Assembly: GCA_965215505.1 (NCBI GenBank)
Contig: OZ244065.1
Coordinates: 4,672,001-4,736,000, forward strand
Direction of reading: 5' to 3'
Length of the DNA: 64,000 bases
DNA from: Capsulimonadaceae bacterium
GTDB taxonomy: Bacteria; Armatimonadota; Armatimonadia; Armatimonadales; Capsulimonadaceae
Shown here: positions 62,743 through 64,000 of the stretch, piece after piece
Position numbering within the stretch: the first letter of the stretch is position 1
Layout: every line of letters starts with the position of its first letter
The notes under the pieces: model-generated
What the model saw: only the letters and a program-made list of their open reading frames with translations
Told to the model about the DNA's origin: nothing
Databases searched by the model: none
Position numbers and translations under genes: made by a program

Positions 62743-64000
62743 CTAGAGTTTTGGGACTCGCGCCTCCGCCGCCCGGCCCCCCTCGTGGACGGTCAAAAAC
62801 CGGTCCGCCTTGACATGGCGCAGGGAATCCACCCGCCCGCCGGGCCACCGGATGCTGACCGTCTCCGCATAGCCCGCCTTGCCCAAGCCCAGGTGGACGC
62901 GCACGTCTGAAGCCGACAGGTACGAGCCGTCCGTGTGGCACAGCCGCGTCTGCGTCAGGCCGCCCGCCGTGGCCGTGACCAGCGCGCCGATGCCGTCGCG
63001 GTTGCTCTTTGTGCCGACCAGCGTGAGCGAGAGCCAGTGGCCGACGGGGCGGCACTCGTTGCGGAGCAGCAGGGGCGTCCCCTCGCTGTCCACGACCAAG
63101 GCGTCCACGCGCCCGTCGTTGTCGAAGTCGCCGACGGCGAGGCCGCGCCCGACCAGAGGGCGCGGCAGGTCCGGCCCCGCCCGCCCGCTCATGTCCACCA
63201 GCAGCCGCCCCTTGTCGTTGCGGAAAAGCTGGGTCGGCTGGCGGTAGGTCGTAGTCTTGTCCACCAGGGCGATGTTGTCATAGACGTGACCGTTCGTGAT
63301 CATCAGGTCGAGCCAGCCGTCGTTGTCGTAGTCCAGCCACTTCGCGCCGAAGGCGACATATGGCGCGGTGGCCGATGCCAGCAGCAGGCCCGCCGACCGG
63401 TCCTGGAACAGCCCGCCGCCCTCGTTGTGGAAGGCGGACTTCGGCTCCCCCTGGAAGGCCGCCGCGAAGAGGTCCAGCCGGCCGTCGTTGTCATAATCGC
63501 CCCAGTCCGTGCCCATCCCCGCGTGCATCCGGAACCGGCCGTCATACGCCGTCCCGGATGCGCCGCCCCGGCTGCGGAACGTCTCCCCACGGTTCTGGAA
63601 CAGGTCCCCCGGCTCCTCATCGTCGGCGAGGTAGAGGGAGGGCCGCCCGGAGCCGTCGAAGTCGGCGAACGCGACGCCCAGCGTCTTGCCCGCGCCACCC
63701 TGGAGGTCCCACTCGCGCGTCGCGTCCCGGAACCTGCCCCCGCCCTCGTTCCGGTAGAAGGCCCCATGCTCCGCCCCATACTCGGTGGGCGAGCAGGCGA
63801 CCTGCTGCGCGTCCTTCGGGCAGAGCCGCCGACTCGTCTTGGGGTCGAACTTGATGTAATCGCCGACATACAGGTCCAGCCGCCCGGAGCCGGGCGTCGT
63901 CTCGGCGAAGGCCGCCGACGTCCCCCAGGGCTGGGACTTCAGGCCCGACCGCGCCGTCACGTCCGTGAAGCGCCTGCCCCCGCCCGCCGCCCGCTCGTTG
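62743..64000 (-). CDS. CRTAC1/ASPIC-UnbV FG-GAP repeat protein, 5' end outside window
   Basis: Repeated DYDNDG.LDL, GDFDNDGRVD, NRDGIGA, VHLGLG. Confidence 0.9.
   Translation of the reverse strand, partial: NERAAGGGRRFTDVTARSGLKSQPWGTSAAFAETTPGSGRLDLYVGDYIKFDPKTSRRLCPKDAQQVACSPTEYGAEHGAFYRNEGGGRFRDATREWDLQGGAGKTLGVAFADFDGSGRPSLYLADDEEPGDLFQNRGETFRSRGGASGTAYDGRFRMHAGMGTDWGDYDNDGRLDLFAAAFQGEPKSAFHNEGGGLFQDRSAGLLLASATAPYVAFGAKWLDYDNDGWLDLMITNGHVYDNIALVDKTTTYRQPTQLFRNDKGRLLVDMSGRAGPDLPRPLVGRGLAVGDFDNDGRVDALVVDSEGTPLLLRNECRPVGHWLSLTLVGTKSNRDGIGALVTATAGGLTQTRLCHTDGSYLSASDVRVHLGLGKAGYAETVSIRWPGGRVDSLRHVKADRFLTVHEGGRAAEARVPKL

Overview
GC-rich bacterial window. PEP-CTERM, DUF1559/prepilin and ASPIC-UnbV genes suggest an Armatimonadota-like host (inference). 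Housekeeping and carbohydrate genes occupy 1-10.5 kb and 50-64 kb. Between them is a ~37 kb island bounded by a 17-bp direct repeat (TTATACCACCTGCATCG, 11880-11896 and 49130-49146) that equals the last codons of dnaN. The island carries a Rep_trans/excisionase/large serine recombinase module, a WYL-associated type I-B CRISPR-Cas locus with an 85-repeat array, an IS4-interrupted PIN-domain gene and other cargo. Most notable: (1) the att site lies inside the recombinase ORF, so excision would swap a 6-aa tail for a 24-aa tail ending -AAA, a possible degron switch; (2) three tandem promoter+hairpin units and a VapBC-like pair sit between cas6 and cas8; (3) one 55-nt spacer contains an inverted copy of the leader-repeat junction; (4) a HEPN + BolA-like gene pair lies between two dnaN 3' fragments. 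All calls come from reading motifs by eye; no searches were run.
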